A stretch of DNA of 63,540 nucleotides, the filler included, from Octopus bimaculoides (lineage: Eukaryota), in NCBI RefSeq assembly GCF_001194135.2. It is 5 parts of 4 records of this genome, joined end to end, with 100 filler letters (N's around TTAATTAATTAA, not from the genome) between each part and the next. Parts side by side here need not be neighbours in the genome. Positions count along the whole stretch, not along the records: positions 1 to 11,253 come from NC_068992.1; positions 11,354 to 21,868 come from NC_068982.1; positions 21,969 to 51,183 come from NC_068988.1; 2 more parts are not named here. One strand, 5' to 3'. The notes under the pieces are model-generated. The model was not told the DNA's origin. It ran no database searches and saw nothing but the letters and a program-made list of their open reading frames with translations. The position numbers and the translations under genes are program-made. Each line of letters starts with the position of its first letter. Positions within the stretch are counted from its first letter, which is position 1. Below are positions 10,904 to 24,269 of this stretch, in pieces.

Positions 10904-11253
10904 ATGTTTCAGTTACTAATCCCAAGATTCTGAGTTTGATTCCAGGCACTGACCTGAATAATAATAATAATAATAATAATTAATTCGTTTTATTGGCCAC
11001 AAGGGCTAATATCAATTAAAAAACATGTAAGGACAAAGACAGGACGAAGGTTACAAAAGGTTTTGTCCGAAAAGGTAGGAAAGTTCGTCTAAACAGAGGA
11101 AGAAGACGGAGAAAGATATAATAAATAAATAGATAAATAAATAAGTAGAACTCCCAAACGGGGAGGCGCTTCGAAAAAGGAAAGGTTACACATGGAAAAC
11201 CCCATAAAACCACGGGAGCCTGGTCAGAAAAAATAAGAAAGGGGTATAGAGCC

Positions 11254-11353
11254 NNNNNNNNNNNNNNNNNNNNNNNNNNNNNNNNNNNNNNNNNNNNTTA
11301 ATTAATTAANNNNNNNNNNNNNNNNNNNNNNNNNNNNNNNNNNNNNNNNNNNN
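11254..11353. other. Assembly spacer: 44 N + TTAATTAATTAA + 44 N (also about 21869-21968, 51184-51283, 55977-56076)
   Basis: The same 12-mer is centred in a 100-bp N block four times. This is a scaffolding placeholder, not biology. Confidence 0.9.
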
Positions 11354-12039
11354 CTCTCTCTCTCTCTCTCTCTCTCACGCACACAGACACACATATATGC
11401 CAGGCTTCCACACAGCCCTCGTCTACCTAATTCACTCACAAGTTAGAAGACATTTACACAAGGTGCCACACTATAGGACTGAACTGGAAACTATACTTCA
11501 TCATTATCTATGATATTTAAACGAAATGTGATATTTTCCCTCTGACATGTGTTTCCCTAAAAAAAAGTTGGACATATATCCTTAGGTTCATTTCTTATGA
11601 ATATTTCCATTGATCATGAAAACCTGTTTTTCTTGAACATATGATAAAAGAAACCAAGAATCGTATATCCTTCCTATGATAGTATGATCTTACGAGGGAG
11701 TCTTAATGCGGTTATTCTCCTAGTTAGAAATACCACACTCTACAGTCCCAGATACACTGCACCTTTTAAAAGAAAACAATGGGATGGGCTCGATGGCGAA
11801 CTCTTTGATTACATTAATGTTCGATCAAACCTGAATATATATATATTAGACAAAACGAGATAACAAATCCAAGGCTGTGCTGAGTTTTCAGGACATTTAT
11901 AAGGAAAGAGATATAGACATAATCTTAAAGCTGTTTCTGGGATATTATGGAAATCCCTTCACCAGAGACGATGTGAGATGGTTAAATAGAGGTAAATATT
12001 TGAGTAGATTCCAATACCTCTCATATGTATATATATATA

Positions 12040-12870
12040 GGGAGAATTCACAAATAAAAGACGAAGACAGATGGTGTAGACAACAAACAGATGTATTAGT
12101 TTAACGCTCGGGAAGTGAAAAAGTCTTTAACGTGAATGTGTAGTGGCTAGCGATCAGTCATGCCGAATACCGGACAGAGGGATCACACACGAGAGCTAGG
12201 AAGAAGGGGAGATAATAAAGTATTGGTGATCCCAAAATGAAGGTGCGCGTGCGTTTGTATAAGAGAGCATGCATCTGCTTGTGAGTGAGGGCTGGTAACC
12301 ATGATGTGTGCGTGTGTGCATATGTAGGTGTGTGGATGGATGGTGTGGAGATGGGAAGTGGTCAGTGCTAGTATGTGCGTGGTGGTATGATGTGATGGGG
12401 TTTTGCGTGGTATTGTGGTGTAAGGTGTGGTGTGGTGGTGTTGGGATGTGGGGGAGACGAGAGTGGAGAAAGCAAGGGTGGGGTGTGGGTTAGGCTAAGG
12501 GTGGGGGTAGAGGTGGGGTATGTGGGAGTGTGTGCGAGGGATGGGTGGAGGTGGGATGGGATGTGTAAGGGTGGATTACGAGGGAGGGGTGATGAAGAAG
12601 GGAGAGGGGGAAGGGAGAAAGTGGGTAGGAGTGAAGAGAAGAGAGAAGGAGAGTAAGAGTGAAGAGAAGAAGTAGGAGTCGGAGCAAGAGAGGAGAGGTG
12701 GGTGGGAGGAAGTAGGTGTGAGAGGAAGAGAGGAGAGGGGAGGAGGGTTAGATGAAGAGGGGAGGAGAGTTGAGCCCATGTGGGCAAAGGAGTGAAGAGA
12801 AAAGATTAATTCCTGTTCAAGGCGAGGACGGGAGTCCGGATGGCCCCTGTGCAAGGACAATCCGAGCATA
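12040..12870 (-). mobile_element. Penelope-like element 3' end: GIY-YIG C-terminus, pyrimidine-rich tract and pseudo-LTR remnant (hammerhead family A)
   Basis: LSLHRGHPDSRPRLEQELIFSLHSFAHMGST resembles the PLE endonuclease end (R..LEQ.LIF.L.TL.P.GLN). 12040-12133 matches 42214-42312 in reverse and ends in (AT)n. Confidence 0.6.
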
Positions 12871-12884
12871 AATATAGGCGTATG

Positions 12885-12990
12885 CGTGGCTGTGTGGTGA
12901 GAAGCTTGATTTCCATATGCATGGTACCATGTTCAGTCCCACGGCATGGTACCTTGAGCAAGTCTCTTCTACTATACACTCGGGCCGACC
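12885..12990 (+). mobile_element. SINE family 2 head
   Basis: GTGGCTGTGTGGTGAGAAGCTTG...GTTCAGTCCCAC...ACCTTGAGCAAGTCTCTTCTACTATA. Confidence 0.75.
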
Positions 12991-13234
12991 AAAAACGATG
13001 AACAACCTTAATTGATTTTCGAAACTTATCGGGGTCTTATCAGAGATGTATTCATCAATAACCCGATCATAGAAAAATAAGCAGCAAGTGAGTTTAAGTA
13101 CAGAACAATTCCAGTGGCTTCAGAGAACTGAAGTTACTAACTTGTGTACTATAAGTATAAAGCACTATTTGATATCGGTAGTTTGTCATCGAGAATCCTA
13201 GTCTACACAGTATCAAAGTACGATATTGTATCGG

Positions 13235-13575
13235 CGCATGGCTCAGTGGTTAGAGCGTCAGGCTGACAGTCATGAGCTAGTGAGGGGGATTCCCAGATCG
13301 AGCTGTGTGTTGTGTTCTTGACAAGTCACTTTAATTCACGTAGTTTCAGTTCACTCAGCTGTAGAAATGAGTTGTGTCGTCGCTGGTGCCAGGCTGTATC
13401 GGCCTTTGTTTCTCCCATGGATAACATCGGTGGCGTGGAGATGAGAAGCTACTATGCATGGGCAACTGCTGGTCTTCTATAAACAACCATGCTTGGACAT
13501 GTGCCATACTTATCGGATGAGAACTTTTTAGGTGCAATCTCATGGTCATTCATGATCGGAGTGGGTCTTTACTAT
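13235..13575 (+). mobile_element. tRNA-derived SINE family 3
   Basis: GGCGCATGGCTCAGTGGTTAGAGCGTC head. The body is shared with 31800-32140 (minus). The tail TAGGTGCAATCTCATGGTCATTCATGA is repeated at about 13920. Confidence 0.7.
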
Positions 13576-13675
13576 TTTGTTTACACAAAACCAGAGAAAG
13601 AAAAATGATGGTCAAGAATGCAACAGCTCTTATCATCGTTGGTCTGCTCAAAAACAACAACTGTAGCATTAGCTA

Positions 13676-13741
<66 letters not shown>

Positions 13742-16594
13742 TGACGATGACGATGACCATAGAAGAATCCTCTACATAGTCACTCACATTACCAGAACTA
13801 GCAGCTTAATGTGCCTCAAATTATCGCTCCTCAAAAAAGAGGATACATTGGCTAATGTAGCCCAGGATAGACTATAGCCGTAAACCAGACGTCGAATAGA
13901 TGTGCCTTGAAGGGAAACTTTCTAGGTGCAATCCCATGGTCATTCATAACCAAAGGTGGTTTTTACCCTTTAATATAGAGAGAAAGGCAGGAAATATCCG
14001 ACGCACAAACGAATCTACCAATCCAGCACCCTAAATAATAACTTCTTATGTATGTCTAAGTCCGGCAATTTTGACGACAGGAACATCTTTCGTAGCATCG
14101 AACAAGTATTTAACTGCTATTTTATTTTATCAAACCACTAAAGGGATGACAGGTAAAATTGACCTCGGTAAGGGTTACTAAGACTGTAAAGGTCCGGAAG
14201 AAATACCACAAGGCACTATTTTAGCACTCTACCAATTTTACCTCAAGTTTCAACAACCTTTGTCATCCTGCCCTTTAGATATGGAGAAAATGTCGTTCAA
14301 AATGTAAATCTGGCAGTTTATTATTTTACTATTTCTAAAATTCTGAGATAGACATATTATAAGACACCCATTTCAATAAAACAAAACCACGAATAAAATA
14401 GCTATCGTTATCTCAACAACCAGCTATAGTTATTTGAAATACACTGCTCTATAACTAGCAGGTTTTATTAGAAAGTGAAAGTAGTTTCACACATTCAATT
14501 TGAACCAAAATTACAAAATGTTGCATTATGAGAGTGACATATATATATATATATATANNNNNNNNNNNNNNNNNNNNNNNNNNNNNNNNNNNNNNNNNNN
14601 NNNNNNNNNNNNNNNNNNNNNNNNNNNNNNNNNNNNNNNNNNNNNNNNNNNNNNNNNNNNNNNNNNNNNNNNNNNNNNNNNNNNNNNNNNNNNNNNNNNN
14701 NNNNNNNNNNNNNNNNNNNNNNNNNNNNNNNNNNNNNNNNNNNNNNNNNNNNNNNNNNNNNNNNNNNNNNNNNNNNNNNNNNNNNNNNNNNNNNNNNNNN
14801 NNNNNNNNNNNNNNNNNNNNNNNNNNNNNNNNNNNNNNNNNNNNNNNNNNNNNNNNNNNNNNNNNNNNNNNNNNNNNNNNNNNNNNNNNNNNNNNNNNNN
14901 NNNNNNNNNNNNNNNNNNNNNNNNNNNNNNNNNNNNNNNNNNNNNNNNNNNNNNNNNNNNNNNNNNNNNNNNNNNNNNNNNNNNNNNNNNNNNNNNNNNN
15001 NNNNNNNNNNNNNNNNNNNNNNNNNNNNNNNNNNNNNNNNNNNNNNNNNNNNNNNNNNNNNNNNNNNNNNNNNNNNNNNNNNNNNNNNNNNNNNNNNNNN
15101 NNNNNNNNNNATATATATATATATATATATAGCAATAAGAAAATGGAGTGGAATATGAGGTACTTATCAACATGCAGACACTGTACTTTGTTGATTAATC
15201 CGTTTATTTTATAGCCAAAAGGACAATAAAGACAATATACAGACACATATGACATACTATATCACAAAAAAGGGACAAGAAAAAACAAGGACGGGTCATT
15301 CGGAGTTTTCTTTCCTCAGTCGAGTTGCAGATTATCTTTACAATTTCGCCTGGTTATACTGATATTGTTCCAATCTGGCCAGCCTCAAGGAAAAACTAGT
15401 CTAAGAGCACTAGATTCCTTGGAAGAAAGCAGCGAATGGACACGAGAACAAGGACCGAAAAAAACGGAGAAATGGTACACAGATACAAATGCAAATAACA
15501 GGACATTAACAGCATGTGTCTTGCGACTAAGGACGAATTAAATTAAGCTGGCGTGTGTGGAAGTGAAGCCTTACGGCAGGCACATAAGAGATGACAGGCA
15601 TGGGAAGGAATATAAATGTTGCACAGATAGTAGTTGGACCAAAAAATAAAGGTCAAGCTTGGCAGAACACCGGTCACGTGGAGAGAGAGGAGAGAGGTAG
15701 AGGCAGAGGGATAGAAGAATAGGAAGGGACGAGAAAAAAGAAAAAGGACAGAGTGAAGTGAAAGAGGAGGGAAGGTGAGAATGAAGAGAAAGCCAGGAAA
15801 TGCGAGAGAGGGGGAACGAAAGAAAGAAGAGTGGAAAGAAGGTAGTAAGTGTGAAGGGGCTGACAGAAACAAAGAAAGCAAGAATGAAAGAATAAGAGAG
15901 CCGTACAAAATTTGCGTCCTGCCCTACTCTTCGAAACGCCTGTGTTATAATGGGGGTAGCTGATGAAGGAAAATGTTCTCTATGTGGCCTGTGTGTGTTC
16001 TGTAATCTGGTTATTATTATTTTTTTGTCTACGTTTTGTTTGCAATGTCCTGTACCCAGATATGCACCTATATATACAGGTAGACGTAGGTATGCACATA
16101 CCTGTACGTATATATGCATATACTCATTTATTATTNNNNNNNNNNNNNNNNNNNNNNNNNNNNNNNNNNNNNNNNNNNNNNNNNNNNNNNNNNNNNNNNN
16201 NNNNNNNNNNNNNNNNNNNNNNNNNNNNNNNNNNNNNNNNNNNNNNNNNNNNNNNNNNNNNNNNNNNNNNNNNNNNNNNNNNNNNNNNNNNNNNNNNNNN
16301 NNNNNNNNNNNNNNNNNNNNNNNNNNNNNNNNNNNNNNNNNNNNNNNNNNNNNNNNNNNNNNNNNNNNNNNNNNNNNNNNNNNNNNNNNNNNNNNNNNNN
16401 NNNNNNNNNNNNNNNNNNNNNNNNNNNNNNNNNNNNNNNNNNNNNNNNNNNNNNNNNNNNNNNNNNNNNNNNNNNNNNNNNNNNNNNNNNNNNNNNNNNN
16501 NNNNNNNNNNNNNNNNNNNNNNNNNNNNNNNNNNNNNNNNNNNNNNNNNNNNNNNNNNNNNNNNNNNNNNNNNNNNNNNNNNNNNNNNNNNNNN

Positions 16595-16634
<40 letters not shown>

Positions 16635-16754
16635 GTACACACACTCACACACACACATATATAAAGAACACAGGTGGAGTTTAAACAAATACTCATACAG
16701 GTATGTATGGAATTTAAACTGACCAGCTTGCTTCATGATTTATTAATGTATGTG

Positions 16755-17035
16755 TAATGGCCTAGTGGTTAGGCAGCGGACTCGCGGTCGGAGGATTGCG
16801 GTTTCGATTCCTAGACGGGGAGCTGTGTGTGTTTATTGAGCGAAAACACCTAAATCTCCACGAGGCTCCGGCAGGGGTTGGTGGCAACCCCTGTTGTACT
16901 CTTTCTCTCACTCTTTCTTCCTGTTTCTTGAGCAACGCTGCGATGGACTGACGTCCCAGCCAGCTGGGAGAACACATACACCATAGAAACGGAGCCCACG
17001 AGCCTGGCTAGTCTTTAAAAGGGCGCATAAAAATA
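16755..17035 (+). mobile_element. tRNA-derived SINE (further family)
   Basis: A box TGGCCTAGTGGTTAGG and B box GGTTTCGATTCC, followed by a non-tRNA body and an A/AT tail. Confidence 0.65.
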
Positions 17036-17037
17036 TG

Positions 17038-17071
<34 letters not shown>

Positions 17072-17321
17072 CGTTTGAAGAGAGTCATTCTCTTTTAGTG
17101 CCGTATTAACGTTTACTTATTTATTTTACTAAAATTTTCATTGCGAGTTGCAACCTTTTCAATAATTATTAACTGTCTGTTATCCAAGCTGCACTCAAAT
17201 GACCCAACCCTGAAACAAATAAAGGAGTGCGTCCTCATAAATGTAACATCCCCAGTACTAAATAGGATATATACATATGCACGATCAGGTAGCGAAAGTG
17301 CTACATTAGAAACTGCGAAAT

Positions 17322-17865
17322 GTGGGGCTTGATAGAAGCAAGAAGTGGTATGAGCACAAACTGAAGAGGGTGGCGGAGTCGGAGACTAGCAAAATCCTCT
17401 TGGCTTTCCCAATCCAAACAGATAAGGTACTAAAGCATAACAGACTGGACCAACTGGTGGTGGACAAGATGCACCACATATGCTATATAGTTCATGTTGC
17501 ATGCCTCTTTGATCCACGAATAGTCAAGAAGGAAGTCGCAAAGATAGATAAATACAACCCTCTTAAGTACGAAATACCCCGGCTATGGAAAATGAGGAAG
17601 GTGAATATAGTACCAATTATTGATGGGTCTTTGAGATGAGTATCAGAAGGCATCAAGGGGAATATAAAGGAAATTGGAAAAGAGTGCCCAGTAGAACTGT
17701 TACAAAAGGTTTGCCTCCTTGGAACGGCCAGAATAATCAGGAAAGTATTAGACAGCTGAAAAAAATGGATAGGATGATATCATAGGCTGAGTTAGTAAGA
17801 CCGTTATGTATGTAAGACTCCAGGATCTCCAACAAGACCTGTGATAAAAAGAAATAATAATAATG
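17322..17865 (+). mobile_element. 5'-truncated R4/Dong-like non-LTR retrotransposon: RLE remnant (17322-17759) and 3' UTR ending in (AAT)n
   Basis: KWYEHKLKRVAESETSKILLAFPIQTDKVLKHNRLDQLVVDK...KIDKYNPLKYEIPRLWKMRKVNIVPIIDGSL*...LLQKVCLLGTARIIRKVL. This matches the R4/Dong RLE C-terminus (KWYEH.P...KILWDF.IQTD....H.RPDI...LQK..LLGTARI.RKVL). Catalytic PD is mutated to LD. Confidence 0.85.
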
Positions 17866-18014
17866 ATTAAATATAATTTTCATCTAAGTACTAAGTCTTA
17901 TAATTTGTGGAAAGAGATCCTGTGAGATCTTTGACAACAGGTTGCTGTTTGCTCTTACAGAATTAACCGAAGTAAGACTGAGATCTCTGAGAAGTAAAAT
18001 AAAATACCAATAAT

Positions 18015-18487
18015 AATCCTTTCTACTGTTGGCACAAGGTCTGAAGTTTGTGGGGAGGGTGATAGTGGATTAGATTGACCTAGTGATCGATTGTCACTTA
18101 TTTAATCGATCCCCGAAAGGTGAAATGCAAAGTGGACCCCATCGGAATCTGAATTCAGAATGTAAAATAGGAAGAAAGAAATGTCGCTAAGCAATTTATC
18201 CAGCATACCAGCGATTCTGTTAACTCACTGTCTTAATTAACAATAATTTCAAATTATGGCTTAGCGCCAGCAATCTCAGGATAGGGAATAGGTCGATTAT
18301 ATCGATCCCAGATTTCAACAGGTACTTATTTTATAGACGCCGAAAGGATGAAGGGCAAAGTCGACCTCGGTGGAATTTGAACTCAGAACATAAAAACGGA
18401 CGAAATACCACTAAATATTTTACCCGGCGTGCTAAAGATTTTATCACCTCATGGACTTACTACCTTAATTAATTAATTAATTAATTA

Positions 18488-18563
<76 letters not shown>

Positions 18564-18945
18564 GTGGTTAAGGCGGTGAGCTGACAGAATTATTAGCACG
18601 TCGGCCAAAATGTTTAGCAGTATTTCATTTGTCTTTACGTTGTGATTTCAAATTCTGCAGAGGTCGACTTTGCCTTTCATCCCTTCGGGGTCGATAAAAT
18701 AAGTACCAGTTGAGCACTAGGGTCGAGGCAATCTACTTAATCCCTCCCCTGAACTTACTGGCCTTGTGCCAAAATTTGTAATAACGGTTTCTGATTTACG
18801 CAAGACAGCAATTTTAATGGAAGAAATATAATCGATTCCATCAGCTGCAAAGGAATAAAAGGCAAAGTGGAATTTGCCGAGATTTGAACTCAGAATGTAA
18901 AAAACTTAAAGAAATATCGTCAAGAATTTATTTCGGTGCTCAAAC
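18015..18945. mobile_element. Cluster of four family-1 SINEs (about 18015-18235 -, 18245-18455 -, 18563-18780 +, 18800-18945 -)
   Basis: Each carries blocks of the consensus GAGTTCAAATTCCGCCGAGGTCGACTTTGCCTTTCATCCTTTCGGGGTCGATAAA..AAGTACCAGTTG. Confidence 0.85.
18465..18562. repeat. (TTAA)n followed by (AAT)n microsatellite
   Basis: Read directly. It separates two divergently oriented SINE heads. Confidence 0.95.
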
Positions 18946-19353
18946 TTGCCAGATACGAGATTTTATGAAAAGTTCAGTTATTAAAATTTTTTAAATGATT
19001 TTCCGCATCATATAATTTTTTGTAGAGTAACATTGCCCTCTTGTGAAATTACTTGAAACTTCCGCCATATCCACTTGCAACGCTCATCTACAAGATAAGT
19101 TCAAAGAGTTTAAGGACCTGAAAGTGATTAAAGAATACAATATTTTGTTTGTACTTAATAAATCATATTCCTTTATTGGATGGAGTTAAGTTATAACAAT
19201 AACAACAATGTTTACAAGAAGAGTTTTTAAGTGTAGTCCTTAACTATACACGCACATACACACGTACGCACACGTACGCACACGTACGCACACACACAGA
19301 TATGCATGATACATATGTATGCATATAAGTATATATACACTTATGCATGCATG

Positions 19354-19402
<49 letters not shown>

Positions 19403-20244
19403 GCACATATATACATACATACAGGCATGCCTGCATACATACATACATACATACATACATACATACATACATACATGTAATCTTAGACGTCACTTGCAAA
19501 CGAGAATAAACTGGTAGCTTGAACCATCCTTTCGCTAAATCTTTTAGGTGCTAATATTGTAACGAACAGGCAGAAACACACTTGATTATCCCAACTTTAA
19601 GCTAGTATGACATTGATTATGTGACAGTTGAAGGGACAAAGTGCTGCTTTAGCACTCTGCTGTCTGTTGCATACTGCCGAGTAAACGGAAGCAATGTGAA
19701 ACGATGTTTCTTGTACAAGGACATCACGCGATGTCCAGTATAGCAGTATAGCAATTGATCTTACGACCATTGGGCTTATGACCATGCCCAACAGCCTAAC
19801 CAGTAAACCACGGGCTTTCCCACACGCATTAACATATCCCGCGCGCGCGTACACACACACACAGATGCATAGGCACCAACGTGCGTTTTTTTATGATGCT
19901 CTTCTCTCTTTTCTACCCCGCTTTCCCTTCTTCCTTGTCTTTCATTAAGATTATCTCTGCAATGTTATATTTTTACTCTTAATTCATCTCGTGTTTGATC
20001 GTCAACAAAGCAATATTTGCCGCAAACGTCTCTTGGACTTTCTTTCTATATTGATCCCATTGAAGGGGCTACGGCAAAAAAGCTGAAACTGACCGATCAG
20101 TCTAGGAATATCACGACCGCTGCTTTTCGAGTTATTACGGACTCTGTCAGCATGTACATATACAATTATGTGCTTTGACTGCAGATATTAGGGCGTTTAG
20201 CTCTTACTTCTAGCAATGTAGTTGTTTCTGTCTAATGCCCTCAG

Positions 20245-20299
<55 letters not shown>

Positions 20300-21184
20300 C
20301 ACACACACACATATACATATGTATAAGTAATAAGGAGGAAATGAATATTTCATTTGTTGTATTACTACATATATTTCCGTAGCTGTTTTAATTTGAACAC
20401 TCGTACATTATATAAACTCACATGTAAAATTATACAAGTCCGTGCTTTCATAAAGCGCGAATTCTTCAGGTAATACAACTTACAACACTCTTCATATGGC
20501 ACCAAATATTTACTGAGGTAGTGGTTTAAATGGTTCAATTGTCTAGGAAGTCCGAAATTAATTTCAGGGCGCTGCGCTGTTGAATTGTTTTGATCTGAAT
20601 TAATTGATCCTCTATCTTTTACTAAAGATAAAAATGAATAATTAATACATAAGTGATACGCTAAAACTTTAGATACACGAAAAGAACATACTCTGTTGTT
20701 CATTCAAAATTACGCAAAACATGCAGCTTGGAGCATAAATAATTCTTTGGTAGACGAATTTGCCAGAAGAGAGCTGTTTATGCCAATCAGTATTCCGATT
20801 TACTGCATTCCATATAATTAATGAATACTCATCTTCATTCTTCCTACTCAAGAATCACTAGTGCACAGTTTTCAATTGTCCCAAATAGGAATGGAACTTA
20901 TGTGATCAACCTCATGTTTTCAAACTACGATGACATGGTTAAGATATTTATTTATATCTGTTCAACATATTTGAAGGCGAATAGCATCAGCTGTTAGAGC
21001 TTGTACAACTATATCTTTACAACATAGCGTATAATCTATTGCATATTTGCTTCATGCAAATCACCATGCTAAACGCATCCAGAATATATATAAATGTGTG
21101 TGTGTGTGTGTATGTGTGTGTCTGTGTGTGTACATACCAATATTCACCAATATATATTTATACATACATACATACCAATATACA

Positions 21185-21218
<34 letters not shown>

Positions 21219-21442
21219 AACATAAAAATATATATACACACAGCAATGTATATATATGTGTATATATATATATATAGTATGCATAAATATACATAGCAAT
21301 ATATATATACATAGTATGTATAAATATACATATCAATGTATATACGCATATATAAATATATATACCAGTATATCTATATAGTGAGAGAGAGAGAGATACA
21401 TAAGTATATATTTATATATAGTATGTATAAATATATATACCA

Positions 21443-21516
<74 letters not shown>

Positions 21517-22574
21517 ATATACATTTATTTGTTTTTCTCTACTTAGTTTTTCTTTTCTTATTAAGTTACAGTATTTTGTTTATGTATTTAATTACTTAAT
21601 TCCATTTGTTTATCTCTCAATTGTATTAGTTTCAAATTATTAGTTCCTGAGGATCTTATTCTGTCATCAGATTTTGGTGTGGGGTATGTATGCTCGTGTT
21701 CCATTCTAGTTTTCTATTTAGGCTAGGTTTATCTTCTATTATGTGTGTATCTTCCGTAATTTGTCTAAGCGTTGCGTCCGTTCGATGTGTGGACAATATT
21801 TTTACTTTTATGTTGTTGAGTATATATACACATATAAACAATATATATATACATATATACATATATATNNNNNNNNNNNNNNNNNNNNNNNNNNNNNNNN
21901 NNNNNNNNNNNNTTAATTAATTAANNNNNNNNNNNNNNNNNNNNNNNNNNNNNNNNNNNNNNNNNNNNTCTCTCTCTCTCTCTGTCACACACACACACAC
22001 ACACTTCCATTTCATCTGATGTGTGATACTCTGTGTGTGTGCGTGCGCGTGCGTGTGTGCTTTCGTGCGTGCATGAGGGGTTCCACAATCGCAATTTATT
22101 TCAATTACTCTTGTGAGGATATTCACGTAAATCATTTTTTTCATTTAAGCCACATTTTAATTTTCGTAAAAGTTTCCAAGTACCAATGATGCTTTTTGGC
22201 GCATCTTCAATTTTCCAATTCATGAGAGGTGCCCAGTCATCATTCATCTGAGAGTCCATCTACAGAATGTCCTCAGATTTCTATACAGCATATTTTGCTT
22301 TTTTCCTTCCAGTATATAAGCAACAATTTCATTCCCGGGCAACGCCGGGTTGCTCTGCTAGTACATAATAAGGATGTGTATAACTTTTTCCTTACAGTTG
22401 TAGAAGTACCTGTACATTACTTGGATGAAAAATATGCAATTGTATAGTATCACACATGCACACTTTATACCTGATGTGTTGTTGTTCAAGCATTAGAGGA
22501 GAGTATGTATAGTTGTTCGGCCAGTTAGAAAGAGCAGTCAAATTTTTGGACAGATAAATTTTACATTATATATA

Positions 22575-23795
22575 TCAAGCTGAGTAAAAAACAAGCAACG
22601 TTTTGAACCATGAGGAATATGTACCGGATTCTTGAAGAGTTTTGAATTTTGTTTAAACATTTTTTTTTTTTTTTTTGCAATTGTCTGATAAAACAGACAT
22701 ACACTTTCCCAAATGCATCAATTAATTAACATTGATGTTTTTTTTCACCGTTGTTACAATCATCTGAAATGGAACTGTCAAGCGTTATATTCGAATAATT
22801 TTGCAATTCAACTTCGAAAAAAGAGGCAAAGCAGCTGAAACTGCTCACGATATCAACGAAACGTTTGGTGAGGAAATGACTAGTGAGTGGTCTGCTCAAA
22901 GATGGTTTGAACGATTTCGCAGTGGAGAACTGAGCTTTGAAAATTGTGATCGTAGTGAACGCCCATCTATCATCGATGACAGTCAATGAAAAACCGTCAT
23001 TAAGAAAAATCTACGCAAAATCACTCGAGAACTGGCAAAAGAGCCTCAAGTTATCCAGAAAACCGCCTGCAACCATTTGCATGCGATCGGAAAGTAAAAA
23101 AAGCTCGACAAATGGGTACCACACGATTTGAATAAAAATCAGAAAATGCACAGATATGAAATTTGCTCGTTACTTCTTCTCCGTAACCAGACCAATCCAT
23201 TTCTCGACCGTATTGTAACTTGAGATGAAACACCGAAAACCTTTCCTTCACTTGAGCTCTTCAACAAGAAGGTTATGGTGACTGTTTGTTGGTATACTAT
23301 AACTTCTTAAAACCTGAAAAAACCATTACAGCAGAAACATATTGCCATTAAATTACCAAAATGAAGAGAAAACTGCTACTCGTCAATCCCAGACTGGTCA
23401 ACAGAAGAGGGCCAATCATTCTTCACGACAATGCTCGACCAAACGCTTCACTTATGATGCTCTAAAAGTTGACGGAACTTGGCTACGAAGTTCTTCCCCA
23501 CCCAGCTTGTTCCCCTGACCTTTCTCTTACTGACTACCACCTTTTTCAAGCACCTTACTGGTCTTTTGCAAGAGGAGTTAAAAAATTAAACCGATGCTGA
23601 AAGTATATTTAAAGAGTTCATCAGCTCCAGAACGCCAGATTTTTACGTTACCGGAATAAACAAACTTGTATATCGTTGGCAAAAATATTTTAATTGTAAT
23701 AGTACTTACTTTGATAAATAAAATTTCCGCATTGGTGAAATACATAATGATGAATTTCATGTTTCAAAATGTTGCTTATTTCTTACCCAGCCTGA
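22575..23795 (+). mobile_element. Mariner (DD34D) transposon, near full length, dead
   Basis: TA|TCAAGCTGAGTAAAAAACAAGCAACGTTTTGAA ... TTCAAAATGTTGCTTATTTCTTACCCAGCCTGA|TA. HTH region QRWFERFRSGELS. Motifs KWVPHDL and IVT*DE. HDNARP...HPACSPDLSLTDY has 34 residues between the two Asp. Stops and frameshifts present. Confidence 0.92.
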
Positions 23796-24269
23796 TATAT
23801 GTTGCATTGCTGCCTAGATTGAGAATATATTTCCGTAAAAATTTGGAATGGTCACCTCTGGAACTTCTCTGATAATAAGTTTGATTATTTTGAACTGATC
23901 TGGAGTTAAACAACAAAACAGCACATCTACACAACATATTTACATACTTACACACACATACACACTCACTCACACACACACACATGCACATACATACACA
24001 GAACCCCCCACACACACACACATGTATATATATACAAGACAATGCATAAATGATGCTCATTATATATCCTTTTATTGCTGTAGATTTGACTTACAGCTGT
24101 TTCCGGTAGTCACAGGTTCGTTATTAATTGGTTTACTCAATCAGTCCATTGATCGGTTGAGAAAAATTGAACGAACTAGAGAATTAATGCTACCCTCATC
24201 AGTGTCATCTTGTTCTGGTGAGAAGCAAGCAGAACAATGATAAAAAACGGTACAGGCATGGGAAAGGAA

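Noticed and set aside
11298-11309. Recurrent TTAATTAATTAA palindrome inside N runs (four times)
   Set aside because: Always exactly 44 N + 12 nt + 44 N = 100 bp, so it is an assembly gap placeholder. The TTAA run at 18465-18491 is real sequence but a simple repeat.
15300-15340. CUGAGGA...GAAU on the minus strand as a third hammerhead
   Set aside because: GAAU replaces GAAA, stem II cannot be drawn convincingly, and there is no matching stem I or GUH.
1030-17035. tRNA genes at A/B-box motifs (1030, 12885, 13235, 16755)
   Set aside because: No closed cloverleaf. Each continues into a repeated non-tRNA body, so they are SINE heads.
20365-20851. Minus-strand ORFs with plausible AG/GT sites as a nested gene
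   Set aside because: No recognisable domain. Splice-like motifs are common by chance in AT-rich DNA, so this cannot be supported without expression data.
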